A stretch of 63,511 nucleotides of DNA, filler included, from Catajapyx aquilonaris (taxonomy: Eukaryota), in NCBI GenBank assembly GCA_000934665.2. It is 2 parts of 2 records of this genome, joined end to end, with 100 filler letters (N's around TTAATTAATTAA, not from the genome) between each part and the next. Parts side by side here need not be neighbours in the genome. Positions count along the whole stretch, not along the records: positions 31,741 to 63,511 come from JYFJ02004506.1; 1 more part is not named here. The stretch is one strand, 5' to 3'. The first letter of the stretch is position 1; the number at the start of each line of letters is the position of its first letter. Positions 62,254 through 63,511 of this stretch are shown one piece after another. The notes beneath the pieces were generated by a model that ran no database searches, was not told where the DNA came from, and saw nothing but the letters and a program-made list of their open reading frames with translations. The position numbers and the translations under genes were made by a program.

Positions 62254-62578
62254 GGGGAGGCGGAGTGGCGCTCTGGTAATGTATGTGCCCACAGATGTAA
62301 GGGTCCCGGGTTCGATACCAAGCCCGGGCATCCCCCCCCTTCATCTCGTGCAGAGTTAGGGTCATCTCTGGCTTCGTCTTGGGTGGAATCTCAGACAGAC
62401 TAATCCACCCGGGGAGTTCACAAAATGTACCACGTTCAAGACCTTGCATATCCCCTCCCAGTCACCCCCCATCGCTCGCGGTACCCGGGCGTTACGTAAA
62501 AGGACCAGGCTTGTACTTCTCAAAAAAGGCAAAATAAAGGTACTGTGCCAGATGCCTCCAGGGCGGTGCACTAAACCC

Positions 62579-62639
<61 letters not shown>

Positions 62640-62674
62640 AACAATAATAATAATAACAATAATAATAATTAATT
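62254..62674 (+). mobile_element. tRNA-derived SINE family B with a different 3' tail
   Basis: Family B head and body; TSD CAATGGTTCA (62244-62253, 62675-62684); tail ends ...GGTGCACTAAACCC(TAT)n(AAT)n. Confidence 0.85.
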
Positions 62675-62831
62675 CAATGGTTCATGGATTCCAGGAGGAA
62701 ATCAATGCCATAGCAAGAGAAGGGAAAATGGCGTCCCATGGAAGCTACTCTTACAGCGGTTACTGTTAGAGGCGATTCTCGCATGGTGATGTCAGTCGTG
62801 AGCTACAGCAACTGACCACTACAGTCGCTCG

Positions 62832-63346
62832 GGCCGGTTCACACGTGGTGACTTCAGTCGCGAGCCACAGGAACTTACCACTGCAACTGCTTGATTTGGC
62901 AACTGCAGTGGGGCAGAAGCTCGCTGCAGCAGGTGGGCCAGTCCATTCAATATGGCGGCCAGGGATGAACGTGCACTTTTGCTTCTCCTGCTGCTGAAAA
63001 CGAGAAAAGAAAGCATGCGAAACAGGACAATAATTCATGTCCACCCTTTATTACTTGAAAGATCTTCAAAGGGACTATTCCACACACTTGTTGCTGTAGT
63101 CCACAATTGATGAGTCCCAAATAGCGGGATGAGCCTCAACTTCAGATATGAAATCGTCCACATTAATTTCATCAACTAATTTGACAATCCACGGTGGTAT
63201 ATTTCCGAGATTGCTCTGTCCTCGTGGCATGATGAACAAATCACTGAATCTGTGGGAACAATGGTCCAAAATGGCCCCTGGCTGTGGCTCAGTGTGCCTT
63301 CACCGATGAAAAGCAGCTGGTCCGGTACATAGTGGCACGTGTGGCC
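62832..63346 (-). pseudogene. MADF-domain relic, probably Harbinger-derived
   Basis: DDFISEVEAHPAIWDSSIVDYSNK at 63075-63170 resembles the MADF N-terminus; terminus GGCCGGTTCACACGTGG similar to 22229. Confidence 0.55.
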
Positions 63347-63511
63347 TTGAGCGCTTGTAGAAGCAAAGATGCTCGGACCAGCTACTCAGTCCAGTGGTTG
63401 AGCAACTCCCTAGCTACGAGGGGCGGTCATAAAGTTCTTACAATCACCTAGAAAGAAGAGAGTCACGGGCTAGTGCAGCTATTGTGTGGTAGGTCCTTTT
63501 CCACATATGCG

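Overview
Eukaryotic (insect/hexapod-type) genomic DNA, made of two contigs joined at 31641-31740 by an artificial 44N-TTAATTAATTAA-44N spacer. Left contig: first coding exon of a small acidic/NLS-type protein (minus), complete 3-exon RpL36A (plus), complete 5-exon WASH subunit CCDC53/WASHC3 (minus, tail-to-tail with RpL36A), and the first four exons of transportin-3 (plus, head-to-head with CCDC53; cut off by the join). Right contig: the 5' two-thirds of C1-tetrahydrofolate synthase MTHFD1/pugilist (minus, cut off by the join), a lines homolog with a single-exon CDS (minus), and a 91-aa roh/CG30415-like small protein (plus, head-to-head with lines). Introns and intergenic DNA are densely filled with non-autonomous elements: foldback MITEs (Tc1/mariner-, hAT-, PIF/Harbinger- and piggyBac-like), mariner and hAT transposase relics, a Helitron and at least four tRNA-derived SINE families. 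Most notable: three different SINE heads share one 3' tail, which also occurs as a solo insertion; a V-domain-like SINE; an ATAT-flanked piggyBac-like element in two copies; nested insertions whose empty sites are preserved in the opposite palindrome arm; and a possible N-terminally extended MTHFD1 isoform. I found no prokaryote-type system (CRISPR, operon, defence locus) and no clear novel protein system. Gene identities rest on recalled family sequences, not on database searches.
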